Shown: in pieces, positions 9,922 to 20,472 of the stretch | Numbering within the stretch: the first letter of the stretch is position 1 | Layout of the letters: every line of letters begins with the position of its first letter | Sequence record: DRR378314_1079 | Length of the DNA: 64,000 nucleotides | Strand: one strand, 5' to 3' | Position numbers and translations under genes: made by a program | The notes under the pieces: model-generated | The model's database searches: none | The model's input: only the letters and a program-made list of their open reading frames with translations | Told to the model about the DNA's origin: nothing

Positions 9922-11946
9922 ATGACCACGGCTTCCATCCTGGATATCCAGGACCTGTCCGTCGAGATCCCCACGGACTCCGCCACCTTGAAAGCGGTGA
10001 GGGGCATCAGCCTGGACCTCAAGCGCGGCGAGACTCTGGGTATTGTCGGCGAATCCGGTTCCGGCAAGTCCATGACCGCGCTGGCGATCATGAATTTGCT
10101 GCCGCCTTCCGCCAGGCGCGCTGCTGCCTGCATCAACTTTGATGGCAGCGACCTGACCCATTCCGGTGAACGGGAACTGGCCACCAAGGTGCGCGGCCAG
10201 CGCATTGGCATGATCTTCCAGGAACCCATGACCAGCCTGAACCCGGTGTATTCCATCGGGCGCCAGTTGACTGAAACCATGACCCTGCACCGCCCTGTAT
10301 CCAGGGCCGAGGCCGAGCAACGTGCCATTTACCTTTTGGAGAAAGTGGGCCTGCCGGACCCGGCCAGCCGACTCAAGCAATATCCCCATGAGCTCTCGGG
10401 TGGCCAGCGCCAGCGAGTGATGATCGCCATGGCGCTGATGAACGAGCCGGAACTGTTGATTGCCGATGAGCCCACCACCGCACTGGATGTGACCATCCAG
10501 GCCCAGATCCTGTACCTGTTGCAGGATCTGCAAAAAGAACTGGGCATGTCGATGATCCTGATCACCCATGACCTGGGTGTGGTCTCCCGCTCAGCCGACA
10601 AGATTGCGGTGATGTACGCCGGTGACATTGTGGAAACCGGCACCGCGGAAGAGGTGCTCAAGAATCCCCAGCATCCCTACACCCAGGGCCTGCTGGAGTG
10701 TGTGCCGGGTTATCGCGGCAACGATGCCCACCGGTTGGGCTCGATTCCGGGCATTGTTCCCTCCATGACCGGCACGATTCGGGGATGCGCCTTTGCCTCC
10801 CGCTGCCCGAGAGCCGTGGACGCCTGCAAGACTGACTTGCCACCGAGAAAGCAGCTGGGGCCAGGGCGCACCTACGTCTGTCACGATCCTGAGGCAACGC
10901 GGAACCAGGACACGTTCAGTGCGGAAGAAGCCGCCAACGAAGTGCCGGTGGACCTTCCGAAAACGCCGGGTGACACGGTGCTGACGGTCGACAGTGTGAG
11001 CTGCACCTTCTCGGTACGCCGCGGACTGTTCGGCAAGCGCAAATCTCTGAAAGCACTCGATAATATCAGCCTGGATATCCGCAAGGGCGAGGTGCTGGCG
11101 CTGGTCGGTGAATCCGGATGCGGCAAGACCACCCTGTCGCGGACCATCATGGGGCTGCAGCAGCCGGATACCGGTTCCGTCAGCCTGGGCCAGCACGAGA
11201 TCAGTACCCTGCCGGCCGGGCAGCGCGCCCGCATGATCCAACCGATTTTCCAGGACCCGTATTCGTCACTGAATCCCCGCAAGACCATTGGCGACATTAT
11301 CGGGCGCCCCCTGGTGGTCAACCGTATGGGCACCAAAGCCGAACAGCTGGCCAAGGTCCACAAAATGATGGAGCACGTGGGTCTGCCACGGCGCGTGTTC
11401 AACAGCTACCCGGATCAGCTGTCCGGTGGGCAGCGCCAGCGGGCGGCGATTGGCCGCGCCCTGATCATGGACCCGGAGATTGTCATCTGTGACGAGCCCA
11501 CGTCCGCACTGGACGTGTCGGTGCAGGCACAGATCCTGAACCTGCTGCTTGACCTACGGGATGAGCTTGACCTGACCTACCTGTTCGTCACCCACGACCT
11601 GTCCGTTGTCCAGCACATGGCTGACCGGGTGGCGGTGATGTACCTCGGGGAGATCGTGGAGTGCGGGGAGCGTAGCCAGGTGTTGTCCAACCCGAAACAC
11701 CCCTACACCAGCGCGTTGCTGGACTCCGCGCTCAGTATCTCACCGGACCTGAGCGTGCCAGCGCCCGGTTTGTCCGGCGAGTTTCCGAACCCGATGAACC
11801 GGCCATCTGGCTGCCCGTTCCATCCCCGCTGTCCCATGGCGGAACAGCAGTGCCGGGAAGAGGTTCCCAAGCCGGAAATTATCGATACCACCTTTGTGAA
11901 ATGCTGGAAGGCACGGACTTTCAGCCATCAGGCAAAGCATCCATAA
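9922..11946 (+). CDS. ABC transporter ATP-binding protein with two fused domains (DppD-DppF)
   Basis: Two Walker A motifs ([16 protein letters not shown]), two LSGGQ signatures, two HPYT/Cys-rich C-terminal modules. Confidence 0.95.
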   Translation: MTTASILDIQDLSVEIPTDSATLKAVRGISLDLKRGETLGIVGESGSGKSMTALAIMNLLPPSARRAAACINFDGSDLTHSGERELATKVRGQRIGMIFQEPMTSLNPVYSIGRQLTETMTLHRPVSRAEAEQRAIYLLEKVGLPDPASRLKQYPHELSGGQRQRVMIAMALMNEPELLIADEPTTALDVTIQAQILYLLQDLQKELGMSMILITHDLGVVSRSADKIAVMYAGDIVETGTAEEVLKNPQHPYTQGLLECVPGYRGNDAHRLGSIPGIVPSMTGTIRGCAFASRCPRAVDACKTDLPPRKQLGPGRTYVCHDPEATRNQDTFSAEEAANEVPVDLPKTPGDTVLTVDSVSCTFSVRRGLFGKRKSLKALDNISLDIRKGEVLALVGESGCGKTTLSRTIMGLQQPDTGSVSLGQHEISTLPAGQRARMIQPIFQDPYSSLNPRKTIGDIIGRPLVVNRMGTKAEQLAKVHKMMEHVGLPRRVFNSYPDQLSGGQRQRAAIGRALIMDPEIVICDEPTSALDVSVQAQILNLLLDLRDELDLTYLFVTHDLSVVQHMADRVAVMYLGEIVECGERSQVLSNPKHPYTSALLDSALSISPDLSVPAPGLSGEFPNPMNRPSGCPFHPRCPMAEQQCREEVPKPEIIDTTFVKCWKARTFSHQAKHP

Positions 11947-11971
11947 ACAACAATAGGAAGGAATTTGCGCC

Positions 11972-13048
11972 ATGAAGATGATCGCCATTTTTTTAGCCGC
12001 GCTTTTCTCGCTGCTGGCGGGCTGTCAGGCAGTCACAACCGAACCTGTCGTGTATTCGGAAGACAGTGAATCCGACCTTTTTGACCCAGAAACCTTCGAG
12101 CGCTACAGCTCGATCGTGGTCGAGGCCGGCACCCCGGAAAAGCCGGTGGACATGCGGCTGTGGTACACACGCCCGGACGAACTGACCGCCGATACGCCGG
12201 TGATGATGGTAATGCACGGCGGCCGCCGTGATGCCGATGTGTACCGGGATTACTGGGGCGCCTACGCCAATGAATACGATGTGCTGATTGTGGCCCCGGA
12301 AATATCGGACGACGACTTCCCGACCGGCTGGGGCTACCAGACCGGTAACTGGGTCACGCCGGATTCGTCCTCGGTGGACGAAACCAAGGGGCAGCGTAAC
12401 CCGCCGGAGCAGTCCTCTTTCGCCGCTCTGGAGCGGGCGTTCGACAAGCTGCGGGACGCCTTCGCGCTGGAGGCCACCGAATACGACATCTGGGGCCACG
12501 GCAGCGGTGCCCAGTTCGTCACCCGCATGGTGATGCTCTACCCGCAGGCCCGGATTGGCACCGCCGTGGCCGCCAACTCCGGCACCTACACCTTCCCGGA
12601 CTGGACCCTACCGTTGCGCTACGGGCTCAAGAATACCGGTGTTGAGGAAGAAGACCTCAAACCCTCGTATGCGCACCACCTGGTCATCATGCTGGGTACT
12701 GCCGATAACGACCCCTCCCACCGACTGCTCAGTAAGCTGGATATCGCCATCGCCCAAGGTGCCCACCGCCTGGAAAAGGGCAAGAACTTCTACGCCGCGA
12801 ACAAGGCCAAGGCGGAAGAACTGGGTACGGAATTCAACTGGGAACTGGAAACCGTCTACGGCATCGGCCACAGCGGCCAGAAGATGTCGGTAGCCGGCGC
12901 CCGCTACCTGCTGGCGGGTGAGAAGGAACGGGCACTGTTCCCGTTGGATGACGATTCCGACAGCGACGGTGGCAGTGAGACACAGGAAAAGAACGAGTTA
13001 CTCCAGGGCTCCGGAGCGGAAGACGACCCGTTTGCGGACATGGACTGA
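11972..13048 (+). CDS. Lipoprotein with alpha/beta-hydrolase fold and atypical nucleophile elbow (GHGSG)
   Basis: Lipobox LAGC; VMHGG, IVAPE, WGHGSGAQF, AANSGTYTFP, LGTAD, GIGH; acidic C-terminal tail. Confidence 0.75.
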   Translation: MKMIAIFLAALFSLLAGCQAVTTEPVVYSEDSESDLFDPETFERYSSIVVEAGTPEKPVDMRLWYTRPDELTADTPVMMVMHGGRRDADVYRDYWGAYANEYDVLIVAPEISDDDFPTGWGYQTGNWVTPDSSSVDETKGQRNPPEQSSFAALERAFDKLRDAFALEATEYDIWGHGSGAQFVTRMVMLYPQARIGTAVAANSGTYTFPDWTLPLRYGLKNTGVEEEDLKPSYAHHLVIMLGTADNDPSHRLLSKLDIAIAQGAHRLEKGKNFYAANKAKAEELGTEFNWELETVYGIGHSGQKMSVAGARYLLAGEKERALFPLDDDSDSDGGSETQEKNELLQGSGAEDDPFADMD

Positions 13049-13909
13049 TTGATCCAGGACACGCTACACAGAGTGAGTTCCCACATGAACGATGCAGGCA
13101 GTACACAAGGCGCGGCTCCGCGATTCGGGGTCAATCTGGACCACGGTTGGGTCAGCTTTCTGGAAAGTGGCGACGGTGAACCGGTGCTCTTCCTTCATGG
13201 CCTCAACGGCAATGCGTCCAGTTGGCAGGACCAGCTCAGTGAGCTGGCGCCGGACATGGAAATGATCGCCTGGGATGCCCCCGGTTATGGCAAATCAGAC
13301 GCAGCGGGCAATACCGTCGAAGCCCTTGCCTGGGTCGCGATTGCGTTTGCCAAACGGGTGTGGAAAGAAGGGCCCATCAACGTGGTTGGCCACTCCATGG
13401 GTGGTTTGGTAGCCATGAAGATGGCGGTGCTCGAACCGCAACTGGTAAAACGCCTGGTGCTGTCCTGCACCCACCCCGGGCATGGCCTGGGGCAGACTGG
13501 CGGTGCCAACGAGCGCTATCGGCGCCGCCTGGAGGAACTTCGGGACTTACCCCCGGAGGAATACGGTCAACGGCGGGCAAAAGGCATGCTGCCGGCGGGC
13601 ACCGACGAGCGTATTTTCCAGAAAGTGGCGCGAGTTGCTGCGGAATCCCGCTCAGAAGGCGTTGCCAACGCCGCCTGGGCGATACAGACCGAAGACCTGC
13701 AACCCGAGTTGACCAGAATCCAGGCACCCACGCTGGTCATTACCTGCGATGAGGACAAGGTGGCGCCACTGACCAAGGCTCAGCCGCTACTGGACCGGAT
13801 ACCGGATGTGCGGCATGTGGAACTGGCCGGCTTGGGGCACGCGCCCTATATGGAGGATGCACGTTGGTATAACACGGTGTTAAAGGAGTTCCTGATCGCG
13901 GGGGCATAG
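13049..13909 (+). CDS. Alpha/beta hydrolase (PcaD/enol-lactonase-like)
   Basis: LFLHGL, WDAPGYGKS, GHSMGG, D in CDEDK, GHAPYME; alternative start at ATG 13085. Confidence 0.88.
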   Translation: MIQDTLHRVSSHMNDAGSTQGAAPRFGVNLDHGWVSFLESGDGEPVLFLHGLNGNASSWQDQLSELAPDMEMIAWDAPGYGKSDAAGNTVEALAWVAIAFAKRVWKEGPINVVGHSMGGLVAMKMAVLEPQLVKRLVLSCTHPGHGLGQTGGANERYRRRLEELRDLPPEEYGQRRAKGMLPAGTDERIFQKVARVAAESRSEGVANAAWAIQTEDLQPELTRIQAPTLVITCDEDKVAPLTKAQPLLDRIPDVRHVELAGLGHAPYMEDARWYNTVLKEFLIAGA

Positions 13910-14026
13910 GGGCTTGCCTCCCAGTCGTTGTTCCAGAATCAGCTAACCTGTCGAGACACCGGGCTTGAAATTCCGGTGTCGCGATAGAACATGCGAAGGG
14001 ATACCGCGACTGAACCAGGAGAGCGA

Positions 14027-14665
14027 ATGGACTATATAAGCCCCATCAGCAGCGCCATCATGGCGGTTATCTGGATCGTTTATTTTCAGTTGTTCCTGAT
14101 CCAGTACCAGCGCAATAACCGCCCCTATATGGTTATTCACCATGCCCAGAACGAAAATCCGGACGCCCTGTGTCTGCTCGTTAACATGGGCAAGGAAACC
14201 ATCCATGTGCAGTGTGTGCAGGTAGTACTGCAAACCCGGAGTGGTGAAGAGAAAACCCTGACGGTCACCGAGTATCGCCGGGTGGGAGCGGATGACAACA
14301 ACGTACACCAGGTGCTACGCCAGGGGCCGCTGCAGCCCGGTGGGTACCTGGTGCTGGGTTCATTTCGAAACATCATTCTGGGCCGCCGGAGCGAGGACAA
14401 CGACAGCGACTACCTGTTCGAGGACATCACCAACGTGGAAATACGCGCTGCCGTCGTCCATGGCCCCAGCCGTTATCCGGTGGGTGTGCGTCGGCGTTTC
14501 TGGCTAAGGCACGAGGGGGAGTCGGAGATATTTCCGCAAAACATCCACAGCGAACAGCTCAACCGTAAGCGCAATCGGCATGAAGTGCGCCGCTGGCTCG
14601 AGTCTGAGTTGTGCCCGAAGCAAATGGGGAACTCGGAAACCGAAAGCACGGATCAGTCGCAATAA
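14027..14665 (+). CDS. Hypothetical protein with N-terminal transmembrane helix
   Basis: RBS AGGAGA, hydrophobic N-terminus (AIMAVIWIVYFQLFL), no recognised domain. Confidence 0.7.
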   Translation: MDYISPISSAIMAVIWIVYFQLFLIQYQRNNRPYMVIHHAQNENPDALCLLVNMGKETIHVQCVQVVLQTRSGEEKTLTVTEYRRVGADDNNVHQVLRQGPLQPGGYLVLGSFRNIILGRRSEDNDSDYLFEDITNVEIRAAVVHGPSRYPVGVRRRFWLRHEGESEIFPQNIHSEQLNRKRNRHEVRRWLESELCPKQMGNSETESTDQSQ

Positions 14666-14684
14666 TCCCCCTGTACTGGTCCGG

Positions 14685-16640
14685 TCAGGTTTTGTAATGC
14701 TCCAGCCGAGCCTGAAGCTGATCAGCCAACGCCCTCAACGCTTCGGCGGAGCTGTTTGTTGAAGCCGCGTTCTGTTGGCTGCTCGCTGCCATCTGACGGA
14801 TATGCTCCAACCGCTGGTTGATGTCTTCAGAAACCTGGCTTTGTTCTTCTGCCGCGCTGGCCATTTCAATGTTCGTGTCCCGGATAGCGCGAACACTGGC
14901 GCGCAATGTCTCTATGGCGACACCGGTTTCCTGAATCATGTCGTTGGTCTCAGAGGCGAGTCTGCTTCCAACACTGATGACCTCAGACACGCTGCTCACC
15001 CCCTGCTGAAGGTGTTGAATCTGATCCTGGATTTCCTTTACGGATTCCTGGGTACGGCTGGCGAGTTTTCTGACTTCTTCGGACACCACCGCAAAGCCCC
15101 GACCATGCTCACCGGCCCTGGCAGCTTCAATCGCGGCGTTCAGCGCAAGCAGATTGGTTTGCCCCGAGATGTTTTCGATGACGGATAGAATACTGCCAAT
15201 GTTGTCGGACGCCTCCTTCAGTGTGGCGCTGGTGTGAACAGACGTCTGATTGTTGTCGAGTTGGCGCGCAATCGTCCCCGTGGTTTTCTCGATGAGCAAT
15301 TGCCCATCTTCTGAGAGCTTGTCCGCTTCCTTGGCAATGTTCTCTGCCCGGGAAGCACTTTCGGCGACGGTCTGGGCGGTGGCGGTCATTTCATGCATCG
15401 CCGTTGCCACCTGTTCGGTCTCATCCGTCTGGCTGGAAACGACATCCGCCGAGTCCGACGCGATGGCTTTGAGCTCCCCGGACGCTTTCAGCAGGTTCTG
15501 TGATGAGCGTTTTGTCTCCGATATGGTGGCCTGCAGCCGATCAAGCAACTGGTCGAAACCCTGAGCCATTTGCCCGAGTTCGTTCGTGGACGTTGAGTTG
15601 AATCTGACCGTTAGGTCGCCTTCACCCTCAGCGATCCCCCGAATGGTCGCGATCATCTTGTTGAGTGGGCGAGCAACGACGAACTGGGCCAGCATGCTGA
15701 GAATGACGATCAGAATCAGACTCACCACCACCGCGATAAGAACCGCGCCCAGCGTCTGGTTTCTCACCATCCCCGAGACTTCATCCGTCGAGTACCCGGT
15801 TACGATGTTATAACCCCAGGCCTCGAACTCGGAACGTTCAAGATGCCACCCCTCGGGGTCGGTCTGGAGAATCTGTTCAAGTTGCTCGGTACCGATGACA
15901 TCGGAATGCATCCGCAACCTGTTCTGATCATCAAGGAGTCCGACGAACCCTTCCGTAAGAAGACGTGCTGAGGTGATTGCCTCTTGCAACTCGTTCAGGT
16001 CGGCTGAGTAACCGACGTACCAGATCCCAACGATATCCCTCGCATTGTTGTAGATGGGGCTGTAAGCGGTGAGGAAGGGGTTGCCAAGAATGTCCACCTG
16101 CCCGAAATAGGCCTCGCCACGGCTGATGGCCTTGCCAGCGGCGCCATTCATGTTCAGTTTGGTACCGATTGCCCGGGATCCATCGCCTTTTTTGACATTG
16201 GTGGAGACCCGGATGAAATCCTGCCCGTCACGAACAAACAGGGTTGCGGTCCCTCCCATGATTTTCGTGAGATCGTCGACCAGCTTAAAATTGTTGTTGA
16301 TGAGGGTGTCGCCCAGATATAACGCTGGCGTGTTGCTACCTGCGACGATTTCCGTGCCCTGTACGCTGGCGGGTCCCAATCGTTTGCCTCTCTCGGTCAG
16401 CAAATCAAGGGAGTTCTCCACCCGCTTCGACATCAGGTTATCGGTAATCGACAGCATGCTGTCGATCTCATCCCTCAAGTCGCTCTGGCGTTCGCGTACT
16501 TCCGCCGTGATTTCGTTCTGCGTATTGACGGCGATGAGCAGGCTGACCAGCAGCGTGAGGACGATAAGAAGTCCGGATACGGACACGATGAACAGGTTGC
16601 GAATAGACACGGACACTCCTTGGTTTGTCGGAATATTCAA
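14685..16640 (-). CDS. Methyl-accepting chemotaxis protein with Cache_3-Cache_2-type sensor domain
   Basis: Two TM helices, GGTATLF...FIRVSTN...GSRAIGT, HAMP (GEGDLT), signalling hairpin [26 protein letters not shown]. Confidence 0.93.
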   Translation of the reverse strand: MNIPTNQGVSVSIRNLFIVSVSGLLIVLTLLVSLLIAVNTQNEITAEVRERQSDLRDEIDSMLSITDNLMSKRVENSLDLLTERGKRLGPASVQGTEIVAGSNTPALYLGDTLINNNFKLVDDLTKIMGGTATLFVRDGQDFIRVSTNVKKGDGSRAIGTKLNMNGAAGKAISRGEAYFGQVDILGNPFLTAYSPIYNNARDIVGIWYVGYSADLNELQEAITSARLLTEGFVGLLDDQNRLRMHSDVIGTEQLEQILQTDPEGWHLERSEFEAWGYNIVTGYSTDEVSGMVRNQTLGAVLIAVVVSLILIVILSMLAQFVVARPLNKMIATIRGIAEGEGDLTVRFNSTSTNELGQMAQGFDQLLDRLQATISETKRSSQNLLKASGELKAIASDSADVVSSQTDETEQVATAMHEMTATAQTVAESASRAENIAKEADKLSEDGQLLIEKTTGTIARQLDNNQTSVHTSATLKEASDNIGSILSVIENISGQTNLLALNAAIEAARAGEHGRGFAVVSEEVRKLASRTQESVKEIQDQIQHLQQGVSSVSEVISVGSRLASETNDMIQETGVAIETLRASVRAIRDTNIEMASAAEEQSQVSEDINQRLEHIRQMAASSQQNAASTNSSAEALRALADQLQARLEHYKT

Positions 16641-16757
16641 ACAGTGATTGATCGCGCAGGGAGGGCGAGCTTGTGTCCATGCGTATAGAGCGTAACGGCC
16701 TCTGAATAAATAACTTAAGCGGGAGCAGATTTAGTTAAGCGAGTCTGATCGCATCTG

Positions 16758-17315
16758 CTACTTTGAACTGACCTGGTTTTTGACCATTTCGGCAAGAGAG
16801 GGCAGGAACGAGCGGTCAACCCGGTAATCCTCTTCCCACAGTTTCCCTCCTACGAGCGCTTTCGGGCAATGGAAGTACACGCTTTCCACGCTGATCTTTA
16901 TCACAACCTTCGGGTCCTTTTTTCCGTCCGGACAGAGCTTGAACAGGGACTCATCCCGATGGATGCTGGCCCGGCCTTTGACACGGATGATCTCGTTCAC
17001 GCCATTGACCATAAACAGCAGGCCAACTCCGGGGTTTCCCAGGATGTTCTGCAAGCTGTCGATGCGGTTGTTGCCGGCACTGTCCGGAATCAGGATGGTT
17101 TCGGTGTCCATCACCTTGATAAAACCGGGGGTCCCGCCTTTGGGAGAAATGTCGACATAACCCTTGTGATCGACTGTCGACAATAGCGCGAAAGGGCTGT
17201 TCTGGATGAAGGTGGTGGTATACGAATCCAGCGCCGGCATGACTTTGTCTTTCACGATTTCCCAAGGCTCGGGATAAAGCTCCCTGAGTTGTTCCAGTGA
17301 AACGATTTCGCTCAT
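16758..17315 (-). CDS. Pyridoxamine 5'-phosphate oxidase-like FMN-binding protein (MSMEG_1061-like)
   Basis: FIQNSPF, DISPKGG.PGF, IPD..GNNRIDSLQNI..NP.VGLLF, YFHCPKA; start ATG 17315 or 17336. Confidence 0.85.
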   Translation of the reverse strand: MSEIVSLEQLRELYPEPWEIVKDKVMPALDSYTTTFIQNSPFALLSTVDHKGYVDISPKGGTPGFIKVMDTETILIPDSAGNNRIDSLQNILGNPGVGLLFMVNGVNEIIRVKGRASIHRDESLFKLCPDGKKDPKVVIKISVESVYFHCPKALVGGKLWEEDYRVDRSFLPSLAEMVKNQVSSK

Positions 17316-17331
17316 GATATTGCTTCTCATT
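17313..17331. promoter_or_regulatory. Putative Fur box
   Basis: Minus strand AATGAGAAGCAATATCATG, 15/19 match to AATGATAATCATTATCATT, between the flavin protein and the siderophore ABC operon. Confidence 0.6.
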
Positions 17332-17393
17332 GGCATAAAGATGTCTGTTTACGGTAAAGTTCGTTTCCAGTCAATCAAACCTGAAACGCCAAG

Positions 17394-18395
17394 ATGCCTC
17401 ACATTACCCGAACGTTTGTTGTTGCACTGCTTTTTCTTGCCTCGCTGGCTCTGCCAATGGCGGGTTGGTCACAGGAACCTGACGGCCAGTTCCCCAAAAC
17501 CATCGAACATGCGTTCGGCACCACGACGATCGAGCAGAAGCCTGAACGTGTGGCAACCGTTGCCTGGGCCAACCACGAGGTTCCTCTGGCGCTTGGCGTT
17601 GTGCCCGTCGGCTTTGCTGCCGCCGGCTTTGGTGATGACGATGGCGATGGGCTGTTGCCCTGGGTCAGTGCACGGCTGAAGGAGCTGGATGCAGACACTC
17701 CGGTTCTGTTCGATGAAGGGGACGGCATTGATTTCGAGGCGGTGGCGGCGACGCGGCCGGATGTCATCCTGGCGGCCTATTCCGGCCTTAGCAAGGCCGA
17801 CTACGAGACGCTTAGCCTGATTGCGCCGGTGGTTGCTTTCCCGGATTCGCCCTGGTCAACAGACTGGCGCGAGATGATCCGCGTTAACAGCACAGGTATG
17901 GGTTTGAATGCCGAAGGCGAGGCCCTGATCAAAAGGCTCGAAGCGCGGATAGCCAACAGCGTGGCAGAGCATCCCGAGCTCAAGGGCAAGTCTGCCATGT
18001 TCATTACACATCTGGACCCGACCAACCTGAGTATCCTGCGGTTCTACACCGCCAACGACACCCGGGTGAAGTTCTTTGAAGATCTGGGCATGCGCTCTCC
18101 TGACAGCGTGGCGCGGGTCACCGGGGAGGGGCAATATTCCGGCGAAGTCAGTGTCGAGCAGATAGATCTTTTCAAGGACGTGGACATCTTCGTTACCTAT
18201 GGTGAGGAACAGCTGCTTGATCCACTGGAGACCAACCCGCTGATGTCCAGAATGCGTGCTATTGAGAATGGGTCCGTCGTGCTGCTGGGCAGGGGGCCGG
18301 TCGCCACGGCCGCCAATCCGACGCCCCTGTCTATCCCGTGGGTGCTTGAAGACTATGTCAATGTGCTGGCAGAAGCCGCACGCAAGTCGGAATGA
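17394..18395 (+). CDS. Iron-siderophore ABC transporter periplasmic binding protein
   Basis: Signal peptide, FPKTIEHAFGTTTI..KPERVATV, LALGVVPVG, FEAVAA..PDVILA. Confidence 0.92.
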   Translation: MPHITRTFVVALLFLASLALPMAGWSQEPDGQFPKTIEHAFGTTTIEQKPERVATVAWANHEVPLALGVVPVGFAAAGFGDDDGDGLLPWVSARLKELDADTPVLFDEGDGIDFEAVAATRPDVILAAYSGLSKADYETLSLIAPVVAFPDSPWSTDWREMIRVNSTGMGLNAEGEALIKRLEARIANSVAEHPELKGKSAMFITHLDPTNLSILRFYTANDTRVKFFEDLGMRSPDSVARVTGEGQYSGEVSVEQIDLFKDVDIFVTYGEEQLLDPLETNPLMSRMRAIENGSVVLLGRGPVATAANPTPLSIPWVLEDYVNVLAEAARKSE

Positions 18396-19432
18396 CCGTG
18401 CAGTCAGCAACCACAGGCGGAGTCCCTTCGTGGAATCGCAGTAGCCTGGCGAAATCTACCAGCCTGGTGGCTTTGCTCGTCCTTCTGGTGTCGCTTTGTC
18501 TGCTTTCGATTGCCGTTGGCACCCGTGACGTTCCCTGGCATGAAATTTTTGGTGCTCTGCAGGGGCAGATCAACAGCGTTGGTGAAGCGGCGATCGCGAT
18601 GCGTATTCCGCGGACCTTCCTGGCGGTGATCGCCGGTGGCGCATTGGGGCTTGCCGGGGCGATCATGCAGGGAGTGACCCGTAATCCACTGGCTGATCCG
18701 GGCATCCTGGGTATCAACATGGGGGCGTCGCTGGCGGTGGTGATCGGTCTTGCCTGGTTCGGCATGACCATGGCCTACGCCTATGTCTGGACGGCCATCC
18801 TGGGGGCCGGCGTGACCGCCGTCTTTGTCTATGCCATCGGCTCGCTGGGCCGGGGGGGTGCAACCCCCCTCAAACTGGCCCTGGCGGGTGCCGCCACCTC
18901 GGTCGCTTTATCCTCTTTTACCATCGCGGTGATCCTGCCCCGGAACGACATCGCAGGCGGGGTGAGGTCCTGGCAGATCGGTGGGGTCGGAGGCGCGACC
19001 TTCGACACCATCGCACTGGTGCTTCCTTTTCTTGTCGTCGGTTTCCTGATCAGCCTGCTTTCAGCCCGAAAACTCAATATGCTGGCGCTGGGGGATGATC
19101 TGGCCGCCGGCCTCGGTGAAAAAGTGGCGCTGGCACGGGGCACGGCGGGACTGGGTGCCATCCTGCTGTGTGGTGCTGCCACGGCGGCGTGTGGCCCGAT
19201 TGGTTTTGTCGGGCTGGTGGTGCCGCACCTGTGTCGCTTGCTGGTGGGTGTGGACCACCGCTGGCTGTTGCCATTTTCAGCGCTCAGTGGTGCGAGCCTG
19301 TTGCTGCTGGCGGATGTGGCCGGTCGACTCATCGCCCGACCCAGTGAGCTCGAAGTGGGCGTCGTCACCGCCTTCATCGGTGCCCCCTTCTTTATCTGGA
19401 TCGTGCGGCGCCAGCGGGTGCGGGACCTATGA
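18392..19432 (+). CDS. Iron-siderophore ABC permease (FecCD family)
   Basis: RIPRT, QGVTRNPLADPGILG, GPIGFVGLVVPH, GAPFF. Confidence 0.93.
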   Translation: MTVQSATTGGVPSWNRSSLAKSTSLVALLVLLVSLCLLSIAVGTRDVPWHEIFGALQGQINSVGEAAIAMRIPRTFLAVIAGGALGLAGAIMQGVTRNPLADPGILGINMGASLAVVIGLAWFGMTMAYAYVWTAILGAGVTAVFVYAIGSLGRGGATPLKLALAGAATSVALSSFTIAVILPRNDIAGGVRSWQIGGVGGATFDTIALVLPFLVVGFLISLLSARKLNMLALGDDLAAGLGEKVALARGTAGLGAILLCGAATAACGPIGFVGLVVPHLCRLLVGVDHRWLLPFSALSGASLLLLADVAGRLIARPSELEVGVVTAFIGAPFFIWIVRRQRVRDL

Positions 19433-20472
19433 CCGCCTTTACGACCAACGCGCTCACCCGTGTCAGGGCCGGGCGTCAGCGCCGTGCTCTCTTGTGGCGG
19501 GGCGTCCTGATTGTCCTCTTGTCGATTGTAGTCATCGGTATTGCTGTAACGCTGATGCTGGGGCAGTCGTTCACCCCGCCCCAGGATGTGCTGCGCGTAT
19601 TGATGGGTGAAAATGTACCTGGCGCCAGCTTCACTGTGGGCCACCTACGCCTGCCTCGGGCGGTATTGTCGGTGCTCGTCGGCATGAGCTTCGGTCTGGG
19701 CGGTGTGGCCTTCCAGATCATGCTACGCAACCCGCTGGCCAGTCCCGACATCATCGGTGTCAGTTCCGGCGCCAGTGCCGCCGCTGTCTTTGCCATCGTG
19801 ATCCTGCAACTGGACGGCCCTGCCGTGTCGGTTTTTTCTGTGATTGCCGGCCTGGGTGTCGCCCTGCTGGTCTATGGCCTGGCGTCGAAGAACGGGGTAG
19901 CAGGCACACGGCTGATCCTCATTGGTATTGGTGTCGCGGCCATGATCGAAAGCTTCATCGCCTACATCCTCTCTCGTGCGCCGGCCTGGGATCTGCAGGA
20001 AGCCATGCGCTGGCTCACCGGCAGTGTCAACGCCGCGCAACTGAACGAAGCGTTACCGGTGTTTGTGGCGTTACTGGTTTTCGGTGGCATTCTGCTGAGC
20101 CGGGGGCGTGACCTTGACGCATTGCGTATGGGGGATGACATGGCAGCGGCGCTCGGTGTCCGGGTGGGCCTGACCCGGATCACGGTGATGGTCTGCGCCG
20201 TCGGCATGATCGCCGTCGCCACAGCCGTGACCGGCCCGATTGCCTTTGTGGCGTTCCTGTCCGGGCCCATCGCGGCCCGGGTTATTGGTCCCAATGGTTC
20301 GATCCTGATCCCCTCTGCGCTGATCGGTGCGTGCCTGGTGCTGGTCGGGGATTACATCGGGCAGTTCCTGTTGCCAAGCCGCTATCCGGTTGGCGTCGTT
20401 ACTGGCGCCCTGGGCGCACCCTACCTTATCTATCTGATCATTCGAGTGAACCGCAGAGGAGCTTCGCTGTGA
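19429..20472 (+). CDS. Iron-siderophore ABC permease (FecCD family)
   Basis: LRLPR, RNPLASPDIIG, GPIAFVA, PVGVVTGALGAPY. Confidence 0.93.
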   Translation: MTAFTTNALTRVRAGRQRRALLWRGVLIVLLSIVVIGIAVTLMLGQSFTPPQDVLRVLMGENVPGASFTVGHLRLPRAVLSVLVGMSFGLGGVAFQIMLRNPLASPDIIGVSSGASAAAVFAIVILQLDGPAVSVFSVIAGLGVALLVYGLASKNGVAGTRLILIGIGVAAMIESFIAYILSRAPAWDLQEAMRWLTGSVNAAQLNEALPVFVALLVFGGILLSRGRDLDALRMGDDMAAALGVRVGLTRITVMVCAVGMIAVATAVTGPIAFVAFLSGPIAARVIGPNGSILIPSALIGACLVLVGDYIGQFLLPSRYPVGVVTGALGAPYLIYLIIRVNRRGASL

